From NCBI RefSeq assembly GCF_009914755.1, contig NC_060935.1: 64,000 nt of DNA. One strand, written 5' to 3'. Positions 29,258-44,489 of the stretch are shown here, piece by piece (position 1 is the first letter of the stretch; the number at the start of each line of letters is the position of its first letter). Source of the DNA: the human T2T-CHM13v2.0 reference genome, Homo sapiens. The translations under genes and the position numbers were made by a program. The notes beneath the pieces are model-generated. The model saw only the letters and a program-made list of their open reading frames with translations, had not been told where the DNA came from and did not search any database.

Positions 29258-31006
29258 GACATGGCTTTACAGCACTTTCTAGGAGTTAATGCCTAACAAA
29301 CTGGGATTCACTGTCTCTTAGGATTCCTCAAGGGACAAGAGAGCATCCCTCTGAGTGTTGCCTGACTCCCCAGGCACCTTGGGTGCCACATAAACAACAA
29401 GCACAGCCCAGCTCCTGACGATAGAGCCCAATCTGGCAGCAAATTGAGACCAGCAGAAACCCCAGTTGGGGGATTTCTGTGAGGAGCCCAAACAAGGAAA
29501 GAGACCCACCCCATAGGCACTGGTGGCTCATGGAAGCCTGTCCCTCTGCCTGTGTTGGAGATAGGAGAGCATTTAGACTTGAATAAAGCCCCTACCAGCC
29601 CCCACTGAAGGAGCTGTTTGTTTCCAAAGGCCTGGTGGAACAACTAACTGTAAGCTAGGGAGAGGAAATTACACAATGGATGTTGAAATGTGGGCTTGTT
29701 GAAAAGTTGTCACTCGAGTAATGAATGCCCTATTTCCTGTTTTTTTGCCGAAAGTTAAATGCTGGGCATAATTAGCTAGTAAAAAAGCAAGCTTGGCAGC
29801 AGAACAAAAATAGCACATTTTGGGAGCCCAGGCCAATTAAAATTGTTTATGCAGCCATTTAGCAATATTTTTCTCCAAACTATTATGACCGGGAAATATG
29901 CAGCATGAGACTGTAAGGCAAGTTCCTCAGAAGAAAAATGGCCCACACACTGATCCTTTAAACAGCCTGCTGTTCTCAGGGGATTTTATAATAAGAATGA
30001 ACACTTCCATCCTCCTGAACTCCCTGGGCCTCCTTGGGATCTTGAGAACAGCATCAGTCACACTCTGTAGCAGGCAGCTGTTGACGAGGCGCTGCAACCT
30101 GCTAATGTTAAGATTAGCCAAGTTCCCTATGTGTTAGCGGGGCCAACGATTATGGATTTAGCTGCCTAATGCAGTCATTTAAATCATCTGGCTGATGCCA
30201 TAATCGGACTGAGTATATGAAATATTTTTGTTAATAACTGGACACTCTGACTGGTCTTAGGATTCCTTCCTTGCTAGAACTCAGCAAAATTGCCCTTGGC
30301 AAGGTTTGTCTCGATTCCAGCTCTTCTCATTGCTGTCTCTCCCACTCCCTGTGACCCTGACAATCTTCCACCTTAAGTACTCAGATTACATCTTTCTTTC
30401 CCTCTCCAGCCTTCCTGTCAAAACCTGCTTTCAGATTCTTCATTTACAGTAGGGTAGAATAGAATAGTCTGATGACAGCTTTCAATGCTAGCAATCACAG
30501 CTTCTAGCTAAGACATGAAGCTGTGATTATGAAATTCCAGGCATTACCCCACTGGATCAAGGAATGGTGTGGGCAGTTTGGAGGCAGGGATCTTCTCAGC
30601 CTCCCCCCCACCAAATTAGCCCAAGATAAAAAGCCTATTTTACTTAAGTTACCAAGATAACCCACTTGGTTGAACCCCTTTATTGGCTGATAGGAGAGAG
30701 AAGATTTCTAGAGATTTTCACTCAATGCTAGCATTGCCCCAGAAGCTACTGCACATTTTGTCTGAGCTTGGCCACCTCCTCTGCCAGAGTTGTGGATGGC
30801 AGCTCACAGGCGCTTGCCAGCCCAGAGGCATTGAGGGGAGCACCTGGGAGGCTATTAAAGCCTTTTATCCTTGCTGGATTGGACAGAATTATTCAAACAG
30901 CAGAGGAGCCATCTCCTTCCTTCCTGTTCACCCTCTGTTCTTTTTTATAATGAGTTATTCATTTGTTCATTACTTCATATGTAGGTAGTACTTATAAATA
31001 TACGAT

Positions 31007-31574
31007 TGTTAGAGGCAAAATGCTTGTTCCTCGGTGCCACAAAGAAATAGCACTCGAACATAAATTTAATTTTCTCAGCAAGGCAATTTTTACTTCTATA
31101 GAAGGGTGCGACTCACGGATGGAGTAATGGCAAAAGCACACCTGAACAAGGGAGGGGAAGGGGTTCTTATTTCTGATGCAGGTAGCCCCTACAGCTGTGT
31201 TGCTCCCCTATTGGCTAGGGTTGGACCGCATAGTCTAAGCTAATTCCGATTGACTATTTTAAAGAGAGCAGGCGTATGAGCCAGAGTGGTGGGGTGAGCA
31301 GTTTGGCGGGAAAGACAGTTACGGAACAGGTAACTAAAGGTGACTTAGGTCAGAGCAGGTGACCAGGAGTGACTCAGGTTAAAGCAGGTGACCGGGATGA
31401 GTCAGGACGGAGCAGGTGACCAGGGGAACAGATGTGAACTACTGATTAAAACTGGTGGAAAAGGTTGTTTACTGAAACTATGAGGAAGTTAAACTTTAAA
31501 ATGGAGGACAAAGAACTGAACATACTGACATACTGATTCTTCGAAGAGAAATCTAGAACTCACTGTATCCAACA
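31007..31574 (-). mobile_element. LTR10 (LTR10A/F-like, HERV-I/ERV1) solo LTR
   Basis: tg...ca termini; reverse strand begins tgttggatacagtgagttctagatttctcttc...tcagtatgtcagtatgttcagttctttgtcctcc, the LTR10A-type start as recalled; internal 28-29 bp repeat. Confidence 0.85.
31341..31426. promoter_or_regulatory. AP-1-motif tandem repeat inside LTR10
   Basis: Three units carrying TGACTTA (31341), TGACTCA (31370), TGAGTCA (31398), each followed by gcaggtgacc. Confidence 0.7.
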
Positions 31575-34464
31575 CGGATGAATCAAAAACAATTTAACTT
31601 GACATTAATGGATCTCTTGGGCTTGACCCCAGCCTCCCCGTCTCACCTTTTCTCTGACTACTCATTTTCCTGAGTTTGCCAAGAACCGCTGGCCTCAGAG
31701 GCACATGCTGTACTTTTCTACTTTCGTGCTTTGTTCGGGCTCTATCTCCTGCCTATGCTCCTTTTTCTCCACATATGCAAATCTCTCCCATCACATAAGG
31801 CCAACCTGAATCCCACTTCTTACCATCTCTGACCACTTCCGGCCACAGTGATCTCCTGTTCATCTGAACGCCTATAGCATTTATTCCCTCATCGTGTGCG
31901 TGGCCTTTAGTCAAGAATGGCTTTTGACATGTCCTGCATTGCTATGGAATGTTTTTGGCAGGGGGAGAGGGTGGCATAGGGTCAGACTCCCTCCCTCCCT
32001 CCAGCCTATGGGCATTTGAGTCAGGAAGGGACCCTGGTCCACAGTTCCAGGTCAGAACTAAATGAAGTTCCTGGCAATAGTCCCACCCGCTGGGTCCCCA
32101 CAGGAATTTCCTGTTAACACCCCCGCCCTCTGCCCTCCATTTCCTCTCCTCCAGGCCCCACCTCTGTCATGAGTTGCCCTGATAGCACCTCCATTCTCTC
32201 TCCCCTCCACTTCAATAAGCAGTACAAGGCTTAAGATAAGAAAACCTTATGGGGTCAGCTCCGCAGCCCCAAAAGTGCCACCATGTTGATTTTATTTTGT
32301 TTCTACAGGTAGATGTGGTTGCAGTGGCTGTAGTAACCCTTTGCAAAAACCAGTGATTTTGAAAGGTTATCAACCCTCTGTTATTCATTCAGCAAATATT
32401 TTCTCAGCACATCTGTGTCCCATACCCTGTGTGGGACCCCGAGAATATAGCAATGAGCAGATGTCAGCCCCTACCCTCCGTCTTCAAGGAGCTGGTCGTC
32501 TAGAAGGTGATCCAGGCTGTTAAACAAGCAGTTAGTCCAAATTCTGTATGATGGTGCTGCCAGAGGGCTAAGGTATCCCAAGTGGATAAAATTCTGTTTT
32601 GTTCAACAATATCTGCTGAGAATCTGGGCCCACAATGCTCTTCTATAGTTCTTTTCAGAGGCTGCAAGTTCTTCGTTAGTGTTTCACACAAGTCTTCAAA
32701 AATCTCAGGTTGTTCCTATTACCTGTTAATATTAGCAGCAATCTTTATTTATGTATTTATTTATTTTTAAAGTGCTGGTCACAACACTTATCAGAATTCT
32801 TCATGGATTTCAAGACAATAATTAGGTCATGCCTCCAGCTTTCCACCAGGTGCTTTAACTTTGTCTAGTGTTTAAAATTATGCTACAAAAGCAGTAATTC
32901 AGGCACCAAGGCTACTAGCTATTGCTTACTGAGCATGTTTCCAGTGCCGGGCACATTCCACAGGGTATATCATTTACTCCTCACACAGGTCTGGAAGAGA
33001 AGTCTGAAGGCCAGAAGGGGCCTGAGTTACCTCATACACCAGGCCATCAGCACCTCCTTTGAGTCTACATTCTCAGCTGTCTACCTAGTGAGCTTCTATT
33101 ATTTTGGCCAGACCCTCATCTGTTCTCTTCTCTTTCTGGTATCATCACTCACCTTTGCTAGATACAGACCATCTAGTTGCCCCAACCTCCTTTGACCAAA
33201 AGGTAGGCAAATGACTGAAACTAGACCCAACTGATATTGAATTTGAACTTGAACTTGATATTGAACTCCCTTGAACTTGAATCTTAAGAAGCTTGGCTGG
33301 TGCTGATCTAGCCCACCGAGTCCCGAAGAGACTTTCCTTTAAGTCTCACTTTGCTTAAGTCCATCACAGTTTATTTCTGTTACCTGCAACCAACAAACTT
33401 AACCAAAACTGTCATTACTTACAAGCTGGTGCTGACAAACACAAATCTTATTATTCTCCTTTTGTTCCAAAGAGAGAAAGCTGATGCTGCCTGAAATTTG
33501 CGAAGTCCCCTCAGCACTTTCTGAAAGTTGGAGAGTCTTGGGTGCCAGGGCCACAGACCGTGGGACATTTGAGAAAGGAACTGCCTGATAAACAGCAAAC
33601 GTGCCAAGCGAATGCTTTCAGGGAAACGAGGGTTGTCTGAACACTATTGATTCTAGGTCCACTAATGGTTCAGGCTGTGAGGCTGGGTGTGACAGCTCTG
33701 CCTTGCTCAGTGCTGTTAACGTACTGCCAAGTCAGGCCTATTTTCTGGTGTCAGCAGGGAAATGGGAGACTATTAAGGAAGCACCTTATCAGGAACTGAG
33801 CTCAGTGTCACTGGGGAGATGGTGGCAATTAGCATGATGGAAGCCATGAAACAGCCCCCGCTCCTAGCCAGGTGCAGAAGAAATTAGTAGGAGGCCTCCT
33901 GACAGGTCAGCATAGGCCCCAACAGGAAGAGGTCCCTGGGCAAATGCTGATGCTGGCTTTTCTCCCATTGGGAAGATCCCTACCCCTTCCTAGCCATCTT
34001 CTGATGTGCTCTCCACACACTCATTTGTGGGTGTCTGTCTATCTACTTTGCCTTTCCCCAGTTGCAAAAGCAATAAAAAACCCCTCTCATTTGAATGGTG
34101 CTGTCGCATTGATTATGTCAGGCAGCAGTGTGGGCAAGGGCCCAAGCTTTGGAGACTAAAGTGTCTGGGACAAATGGGTGAATAAGACAGACACTGTCTT
34201 TGCCTTCCGTGGCCCTCAATCTAGAGGAAGCTACAAGTGAATGCGTGAGGGGCCTTACTTTGAAGAAACGCTCACACATGGCTCATCACTTCTCTCCCAC
34301 CCTTTACCCCTTTCCAGACACAGGTGATGTAAAGGAAGTGGGTCTAGCCTGCAAGCTGGGAAACCCATTTCCTGCCCTGCGTGAGTTTACTGTGTGACAT
34401 CTCAAAGACCCCTTTGCCTTTCTGAGCTTCTGTTTTCTCAACTATAAAATGAGGCAACCACTAG

Positions 34465-34907
34465 GTGTTCTCGGAGTTAGTGCAGCTCTCCAAGAAGCAG
34501 ATCCCAGGAAAGGATTGAACATGTGAGGACTTAACAAGAAGAAATGCCTGTGAGAAAAATGGTGAGGGAGCTGGGAAAAGCTAAGAGAGCCTCGGAGGCC
34601 CCATGAGGCAGGTCTGACTCTGAGTGAGGAAGAGCGAGAAGGAGGGTGAAATGGAGGCAACTTAGACTGTACTGCAGTCTAAGGAAGGCTCAGAAAGGCC
34701 ATCACGGAGTCCTTGAGCCAAAGTTGGCTATCAGAGGAGTCCGGTGTCTTCCAGGAACAGGCCTGCTTTAGCCTCTCTGCTGCATTCTGTCATCTGGAAG
34801 CAGCTTGCGGGAGACCGGGCCTTGGAGCACACAGTGATGGATTGTGGAGCCAGCAGCTGGGGCCTCCTGTCGTTGGAGGGCAGCAAGGTGCATTCTTTTG
34901 GCAACAG
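34465..34907 (-). mobile_element. LTR16B-like ERVL LTR
   Basis: agaagcaga...aaatgcctgtga...gcaggtctgac...gagtccttgagccaaagttggc...agaggagtcc. Confidence 0.65.
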
Positions 34908-35478
34908 CAATCTCAAAGCATCCTGGATGCCCTGCTGTCCAATGTGACAACAGACCCCAGACCCATGGCAACTTGAGAGGGCCTGGCTGGGCACAGCTCG
35001 GCAGGCCGACCTCTTACCTAGCCCCTGCGTGGCAGCTGTTCTCAGACATTCCCTGATGGCAAAATTGACAGGATATTTATGTTTGTTTGACACGTTGGGA
35101 TCAAATGTTTCCTGTCTCTCCTATTTTTGGCCTTGCTTTGGTCTTCAGAGAAGGGAAGCTGGGGGCTTCAGTTTCCCTGCTGTTGTCTTTGTTTGAAGTA
35201 AAGCCAAACAAAAGACGCCCTACCCTGATCATGTCTGTCCGGCCTTTCCTGGGGCCTCCCAGCCCTGCAGCAGCTCTGCCTCCTGGACCCTCCATGCATG
35301 TGTCTACACGTAGGAAGCAGTATGGGTCTGGAATTCAACTTCTAGGTGGGTCTGGGCTTAGACAAACCTGGATATGTGTATCTGTTCCACCACTGTTAGC
35401 GGCATAACCCTGAGCAAATGGTCACCTTGGTAAGCCTTAACTTCCTCATCTATAAAATGGGCATATTTGCCTAACTCA

Positions 35479-35758
35479 TTGCTTGAATCCAGGAGTTCAA
35501 GACCAGCATGGGCAAAAGAGTGAAACCTTATCCCTAAAAGATATAATAATAATAAGTTAAAATTAGCTGAGTGTGTGTGGTGGCATGCACCTGTGGTCCC
35601 AGCAACTCGGGAGGCTGAGGTGGGAGGATCATTTGAGTCAGAGAGATTGAGGCTGCAGTGAGCCATGATCACACCACTTCACTCCAGCCTGGGTGACAGA
35701 GCAAGACCCTGTCAAAAAACAACAACAACAACAACAAAAAAACAACAAAAAAAAAAAA
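35479..35758 (+). mobile_element. 5'-truncated AluJ within a MIR (about 35340-35870)
   Basis: J-type Alu with (CAA)n tail; MIR core on both sides. Confidence 0.88.
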
Positions 35759-37133
35759 CCTACCTTATAGAGTCATTGCGAGGATTAAATAAGATAAGGC
35801 ACACACATGAAGTCTTCAGTTCTTCAGTATAGCTTGGCTTATGGTACATGCTCAGTGAATGATACTTACTAGTTGTAGCACTTACAAAACGTCTACTGTC
35901 AGTCTTATTATTACCATCAGTAGTATCTTCTGGTGAGTGACATGGAGGTCTTGGAAGTTTCTCCTATCCTCAAGAAGCACACAGACTAGAATAATAACAC
36001 ACAAAAAGCCTTGCTGAGATCAGCTACTAGGGTTTTGGAGGCTGGTTTGCAGAAGTTTGTCACAGTCAGGTCTGTCTCATTCATTTTTCCACTTTCACAA
36101 GACTTCCCTCTCATGTCTGCATGTGTGTTCTGAATGGATGGGCAGTGTCTTAGACCCAGCACACCACAGCATGTAGAGATGGTGCTCCAGGCATGATGAG
36201 AGTACATTCCAGGCACTGAGCGGACTGGGGGCCAGGAAGAGAGCTGGTTGGGAGTGATGATAGATACAGCAGGAGGGAGAGGTGTGCCCTCAAGCCCCGG
36301 TGATAAAGGGCCTCATAGACCAGATTAAGGAATTGGACTTGATCCTGAAGGCAACGAGGGTGCCCTTGAAGAGTTTCAAGTGGGAGAGTGATGTAATCAG
36401 ATTTGTCTGATGGCTTCAGAACAATGTACCAGGTTAGTCCCTTTCCCTGGGGAAAGCCTGTCCCCTGGGGAGGAAAATATGAAGAGAAAGAACTGGAATT
36501 GCCACCACCCCTTAAAAGCACTGCCTGCTCAAACTTTCCCTGACCTGTCGCGTCTGAACAAAGGCCCCACGGCCAGCTGGAGAGGAGCCTTGTTGATTAC
36601 TCACAATTCCCTTCCCGAGAGGACGGGCGCTGATGTGTTTTCTCTTGATAACACTGGCTCCTTTCGAGCAATAGGACTTCCTGTCTGATCGGAGAGCAAT
36701 TACTGCACCTCCAAAGAGAAAACGCTTTAAACAAATCCAGTTTTAGCCCTCTGTGATAACGGAGACGTTTGCTCACTCATCAACCATTAGCCCTGAGCTT
36801 AAGGAAGAGTGAGTACTTAGGACCAGGATGATGTTTCCAGATCTGTTTGGTAAAAGATTCCAGTGGCCGAAGGGGATGTATTCCCAGGGAATCTGGGCCC
36901 CCTGCTCCAGCCTGGGCTTGGAGCTCCTGGCTCTCCTGATTCTCCCCAACCCACAACAACCCCCACACATCACAACCCTAAGGTTGGCCTACTTGGGGCA
37001 AGTTGTAGCTGCTCAGATCAAACTCGGTGTCTCTTGGTCCATTTATATGAGAGGATCATAAGGAAATCTGCATGAAGACAATTTGTTACCCAACAGCCAA
37101 AAGTTAAAACTGTTTTTTTCTTCTCACTTTAGG

Positions 37134-37439
37134 TTTTTGTTGTTGTTGTTGTTGTTTTATACAGGGTCTCACTCCATCACCCAGGCCAGAATGCAGTTGT
37201 GTGATCAAGTCTCACTGCAACCTCTCTCTCCTGGATTTAAGCTCTCTTCCCATCTCAGCCTCCCAGGTAGCTGGGACTACAGGTACATGCCACCATGCCC
37301 AGCTAATTTTTTGTGTTTTTAATAGAGATGGGGCTTCACCATGTTGCCCAAGCTGCTCTCGAACTCCTGGGCTCAAGTGATCCATCTACCTCGGTCTCCC
37401 AAAGTGCTTGATTACAGGCATGAGCCACGGCACCTGGCT
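37134..37439 (-). mobile_element. AluJ
   Basis: Reverse Alu with (TTG)n tail. Confidence 0.92.
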
Positions 37440-37589
37440 GGGAGATTTGAAAACAGAAAATTCTACCCCCAACATTCTTACCAGAGACCATGAGTTGTCA
37501 TAACTGTCTCCTTTCCAGGACCTGCTGAAATATCCCTCACTCCTTCCTTGCTATTGTAAGACTAAGAAAAGGATAAAAGGGAGATAATC

Positions 37590-37830
37590 ATATTAGTTAA
37601 CACTTACATGGTGCTTGCAATGTGCCAGGCACTGCTCTAAGCACTTCACGTATATTAAATCCTGTAATCCTCAAAATGACCCTGTGACAATACTACTATT
37701 ATTATTACCACTTTTCAATGAGACAACTGAGGCATAAGGGAGTTAAGAAACTCGCCAAAGGTCACACAGTGTACCGCACAGCCAGACTCCAGACCCAGGC
37801 AGTCCTGGCTGCAGATTCTCCCCTCGAAAC
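37590..37830 (-). mobile_element. MIR
   Basis: tgtgccaggcactgctctaagcactt...aatcctca...aactgaggcat...ttaagaaactcgccaaaggtcacacag. Confidence 0.8.
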
Positions 37831-38275
37831 CACCATGTGTACTACCTCACACAACCATCATGCTCTCCCCTCACCTGAACCTTCTCCTGTATTCAATCCT
37901 GGCTCCATCCTTACCTCTTCCAGGAGGTTTTCCTGAGCCTACAAGTTCCTCGAGAGCAGGGATAGTAATCTTACTCATCTCTGCCTCCTTGGCACTTTGC
38001 ACCTAACTGATGCTCAGAATATTTGCTGAATAAATATAATAATTTGTTGAGCACTGACCAGAGATTCTTTGCATCCTAAGGACTTTTGTAACTGTCAGCA
38101 CTCTCTAAGTCGTAACAGCTTGTAATGTGCTCATGACTATCCTCACAAGTGAATGCTTTGTGTCCTGGCGTAGACTGTGAGATCCACTGGCCTTCCTTGG
38201 CAGGATGCTCAGTCCGAAATAAGTGCACAGTCGGTGTTCTGATCTGGCATTTTCTCTACTTTCCTTCATACTAGG

Positions 38276-39127
<852 letters not shown>

Positions 39128-39349
39128 CTGGTACTGGATGTAGGACAAAATCAACATGGTCTCTGCCCTTACAGAGCTTGCTGAATATTCCCAATGTCTG
39201 GGGACTCTGGTTCTGGCAGACAGTTCCTGAAACACATTGGGTCCCAGAAGCATTTCTGGGGCAGTGCGAGATCTGCCCTGTCTGGGGCTGAGAGCCTGTC
39301 AGTGGGGTTTCGTGCTCTCTTTGGCAAACTTACCTCCTTTTGCTACCAT

Positions 39350-39580
39350 ATATTGAGCATTGAGCATTTCCTACGTGCTAGTGACTACACTAAGTGTTTT
39401 GCATACAGATCTAATTTCATCCTGACCACAGTGCTCTGAGAGAGGTATTTTTATCGCCATTTACCAGATGAAGAAACTGAGGCTCTGAGAGGAAAAGTGA
39501 CTTTCCTAAGAGCACACAACTAGTAAGTGGCAGGTATGAGCCCAAGACTTCTGACTCTGAGCTCACACATGCTGCCAGCC
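39350..39580 (-). mobile_element. MIR
   Basis: ttgagcatttcctacgtgc...cagatgaagaaactgaggct...cacacaactagtaagtggcag. Confidence 0.75.
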
Positions 39581-39804
39581 ACACTGCTTTGGTTCCAACC
39601 TCTGCAAGGCAGGGTCCAAGGCAGGCCAACCCCACCCTGCTTCAGCCCAGCCCCATTCACACCTCAAGGCAGTTGCAGGGCCCACTCAAGGGTTCCAGTA
39701 ATAGGGCAGAGTCCTTTGTCTAGGCAAATGCTATTCCCACCCAGGAGCACAGATGGGTGTTTTCCTCCCAGAAGCCTGACTGAGGCTGAAATATGCATGA
39801 TTCA

Positions 39805-40273
<469 letters not shown>

Positions 40274-40469
40274 CTAAGGCAGCTGAGACTGGGATGTGGG
40301 TCTACTCCAGGCCTTCTCATCAGGCCAGCTTCATCCCTCCCCAGCCTTCATCTCTGAGGTGGCTGCATTTCCACCAAGCAGAGGCACCCCGATCCAGCCT
40401 TCAGGAAATTATTGCTTGGGGTTGGGGGCAGTACTTAGTGGCAATAACAACAATGGCAATAATAATAAT

Positions 40470-40660
40470 ATAGTTACCATTTATCAGGTGCTTACAAACG
40501 TTAAAGTAATCCCATTTAACCCCCACAATGATCATTTGAGGTAGATTCTCTTATCATCCTCACTTTACAAATGGGGAAACTGAGGCTCAAAGAATGGACT
40601 TCTCAAAGTCACACAGCCAGTAAACATAGAGCCTGGTTCCTCCAGCTCCAAAGCACATGC
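40470..40660 (-). mobile_element. MIR
   Basis: catttaacccccacaa...tttacaaatggggaaactgaggctca...aaagtcacacagc. Confidence 0.75.
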
Positions 40661-41513
40661 TGTCGTAGGAGTTAGGGACACATTTACAACTGAAATCATT
40701 AACCAGGTTGCTTGTCATCATGACCTAAAAAAGAAAAAAAATGGTGGGGGGTGGTCTCTAGCCTGCTTCCATTTCTCCAATGATCCTGGCTCTGATGCAG
40801 CTCTTGGCTCTTGGTTTGGGAACCCTGCTGTGGGACTCAGGGCTCTCTGGCCAGCAAAGGGTGTGTGTGTCTGTGGGGCGAGCCACGCTATCACACTGAA
40901 GTAGAGTAGAGAGGAAGTGACTCAATCATCAAAGGCCTGGTCTTCCTCGGGGAACTGTCCCTAATCACAATTATCCCACTACAATAATACCATTTCAGAG
41001 ACACTGTGAGCCAGGGCACTGTGTAGCCATGTAAACTGCTTCCTGTATCTGCCAAACCCAACAGCATTCGGCAATTAATAGAATCCAGCGAGGCCTCCTG
41101 CTCCGATAAGGCCAGAGCCATGCTGCTGCTGGCCTTGTTGTTCTAATGACGAATAGCCCTTACATTGCAAAGTCATCCTCTCCTCCCTGCTAGTGGGGCC
41201 ACAGTGGCCTGGGGTCCCAGGAGGCCAAGGAGGGCTATGCACAATCTGCTTGGTCTTAAAATTTCATTGAGATGAAAATTATTTTCACTGTCTTGCTAAA
41301 TAAAAATCATGACTATCCAGGTCACCCTCAGATTCCTTGGTGGAAAGGTGATGATGTGGGAATGGGTAGGACCCCTGCAGCCTAGAATGGAAACCCCAAG
41401 TAAGTAGGCACTTCATGAGGTGGCTCAAAGGAAGAAGGAGTTAGAAAAAGTTAATACAATGCGACCTCTAGATTGTATCAGGGCTCTGGGATATTCACGA
41501 ACCTCAGATCCTT

Positions 41514-41820
<307 letters not shown>

Positions 41821-42551
41821 CTAGGATCCTCATAATCAACTGCTTTGCAAGGCATAGAGAAACACTGGGGAAAATGATGTAGCCCCACAGAAATTCTTTG
41901 TGGTCCTCCAGATGCTGTTGGGAGATGCTGTTTCAGTTTTAGGGCCTTCCTGAATGTCCAGGGTGAATGTAGTTTGACAAATGATGGTGGCCTGGCAGAC
42001 CCACCTGGGTCTGCCACCCAAGCTCAGGGTCAAACAAGGTAGATGCACTTTAAAACACTGTTCTTCCCATTTTTCTATTTTCCTTTTGGTAACCAGTGCC
42101 CTCATTTCTTGCCACTGGGTGGGGCATCCTCATTTTCTTGTGAAGGATCAAGTGTCCGCATTCTCTAGGGGAAGAGTTGATTAATTCATTTGACTCATTT
42201 TGGATGCTTCAGCCAAATTCCCACGGAGGTCACGCTGGTCACACTGACTGTGGTGTGATTCTGGCTCTCTTCTCAGAGGAGTGACTTCAGAGCTGGCTCA
42301 CTCTCCCCCTCCCAAGAACAATGCAAATGAAGGCAAAGGGATTTTTGCCTGAGCAAGGCCAGAAGAAACTTTGGGGAGGAGGGAGAGGCCCAGAGGATGT
42401 GGGTGTTTTAAAATTGGCTCTCGATTTTCTGGAAGACATACTCTCTCTTTCAAGGTGATTTGCAAATTGTACTCAAGCATGGTCATTTCCCCTGATTTAG
42501 GTCTTTTTTAATTGTTAGTTACTATTCTGAGTTTGGGGCCCATTCTGATGA

Positions 42552-42862
<311 letters not shown>

Positions 42863-43012
42863 ATTTTTATTATTATTATTATTTTGTAGACACAAGTTTT
42901 CACTATGTCGCCCAGCTGGTCTCGAACTCTTGGGCTCAAGCAATCCTCTTGTCTTGGCCTCCCAAAATGCCAAAGTGCTGGGATTTACAGGCGTGAGCCA
43001 CCGTGCCTGTCC
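42863..43012 (-). mobile_element. FLAM-C / AluJ left monomer
   Basis: Single left arm with (TTA)n tail abutting the AluS. Confidence 0.88.
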
Positions 43013-43099
43013 AGAAATCTCTTTTTCAAGCTCTAGTCGTTTTATACTATAATAGAAGGGACTGGGGAGGTAGAGAGGAAGTAGGAATGGAGCGGGTAC

Positions 43100-43300
43100 T
43101 CTGGCATAATGGGTGGTAGTTTGGCTGCTAGGATTTGAGTCCCAGCTCTGCACCTCCTCGCTGTGCAACCTTGGACAAGTTACACACCTGTCTCCATCTC
43201 AGTCTCCTTGCCTGTATCATGGTGGTAATTATAGGACTCACTGCACAGGATTGTTGTGCTGGTACATGGAAGTGCTCATTACCCACATAGGGAGCTACTA
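43100..43300 (+). mobile_element. MIR
   Basis: tttgagtcccagctctgc...ctgtgcaaccttggacaagttac...tctcagtctcct. Confidence 0.7.
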
Positions 43301-44420
43301 ATGATGTTTAATTTTTATTTGTATTAGAGTATCCCTTTTCCCTACTTCTCAGTGTCCAGACCTTCCTCAGGAATAGCCTACCTACGAAACGTCCCTTATT
43401 ATATGTGTAATAGAATGAAATATACAACTCATACCCAGGTAAGGCTTGGACAGGAGACTCACTACTCAACTAGGTAGTCCATTTCGTTTTCAGATCATTC
43501 TGGTTGATAGAGATTTCTTCTTTTATTTGAATTAAATGCTGTTGCTCTGGAGCCATCATTTAGTTTTTGCTGTGCTCTCCAGAACCATAGGAAATTTAGG
43601 TCTAACACTGCTTCTGTGTGGAAACTCATCAAATATTACAAAAGAGTTGGTATATTCCTTCCGAGATGTCTCCATCCAGAATGCTTGTGAGTCCAGTCCA
43701 TGAGGCTGGTCACTCTCATTGGAACATGTCCCCATTTATCAATTTCTGTCTGGTAGGAGGGTGAGATCAAAGAAATCAGAAGACTCATTCGTTTAACAGG
43801 AAACACCATCCAAGTTTCATATATTTTGTTACGGAGGTGAATCTCTGCCCCTATGGCACCAAAATGGTTGGAGGTGGCTGATTAATGAGAGGTGGTTCTG
43901 GAGACTAAGCACACCCCAATGCCCTGTAGCTGGTAGAACATTTCCGTCACTAGAAGTAATGGAGGTAGCTTTAATGGAAAGATGACAGGGCCCCTCTGAG
44001 GCAGGGCTGTGGCTCAGCCTCCCCAAGGCCTGGCAGCAGGTTGGGCCAGATAACAGCTGGATAGCAGCATCAGGGAGCCACAGGAAGACCAGTACTAATC
44101 TCTCTGGCCATGTTGTGTGAACATCTGGGATCTGGGGAAGGGACACTATGGTCTTTGATGCATTTGATTTGGGCCCAGGAGACCTCCCACTCCCTTGTCT
44201 TCATGTAACAGTTAGCTGCTTCAGAAGATAATATCCAGTCCCAACTTTGTCATACCTAGTTCAAAGGGAATAGCTGACTTTGGCTTTTAGTTGCTCTCTA
44301 ATGAGAATTTCAGTCCAAATTCCTTGGTCCGAAGTCATATTGAACAGTCATGACTATCACGCATATTTGAGCCTTAAGTTACTTTGTCTAGCTTTTTATA
44401 TCCTGGGCACTTAGAAAGCA

Positions 44421-44488
44421 TTCGTTCGTTCGTTCATTCATCCATCCATCCATCCATCCATCCATCCATCCATCCATCCATCCATCCA
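44421..44488. repeat. Compound STR (TTCG)3(TTCA)2(TCCA)12
   Basis: Direct reading; lies at the tail of a reverse L2. Confidence 0.97.
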
Positions 44489-44489
44489 T

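Noticed and set aside
31341-31426. CRISPR-like repeat-spacer array
   Set aside because: Units are contiguous tandem repeats without unique spacers, inside a primate LTR; no cas genes.
32281-32580. Strong acceptor ttttgtttctacAG at 32307-32308
   Set aside because: Downstream sequence runs into an L2-like remnant with only weak donor candidates.
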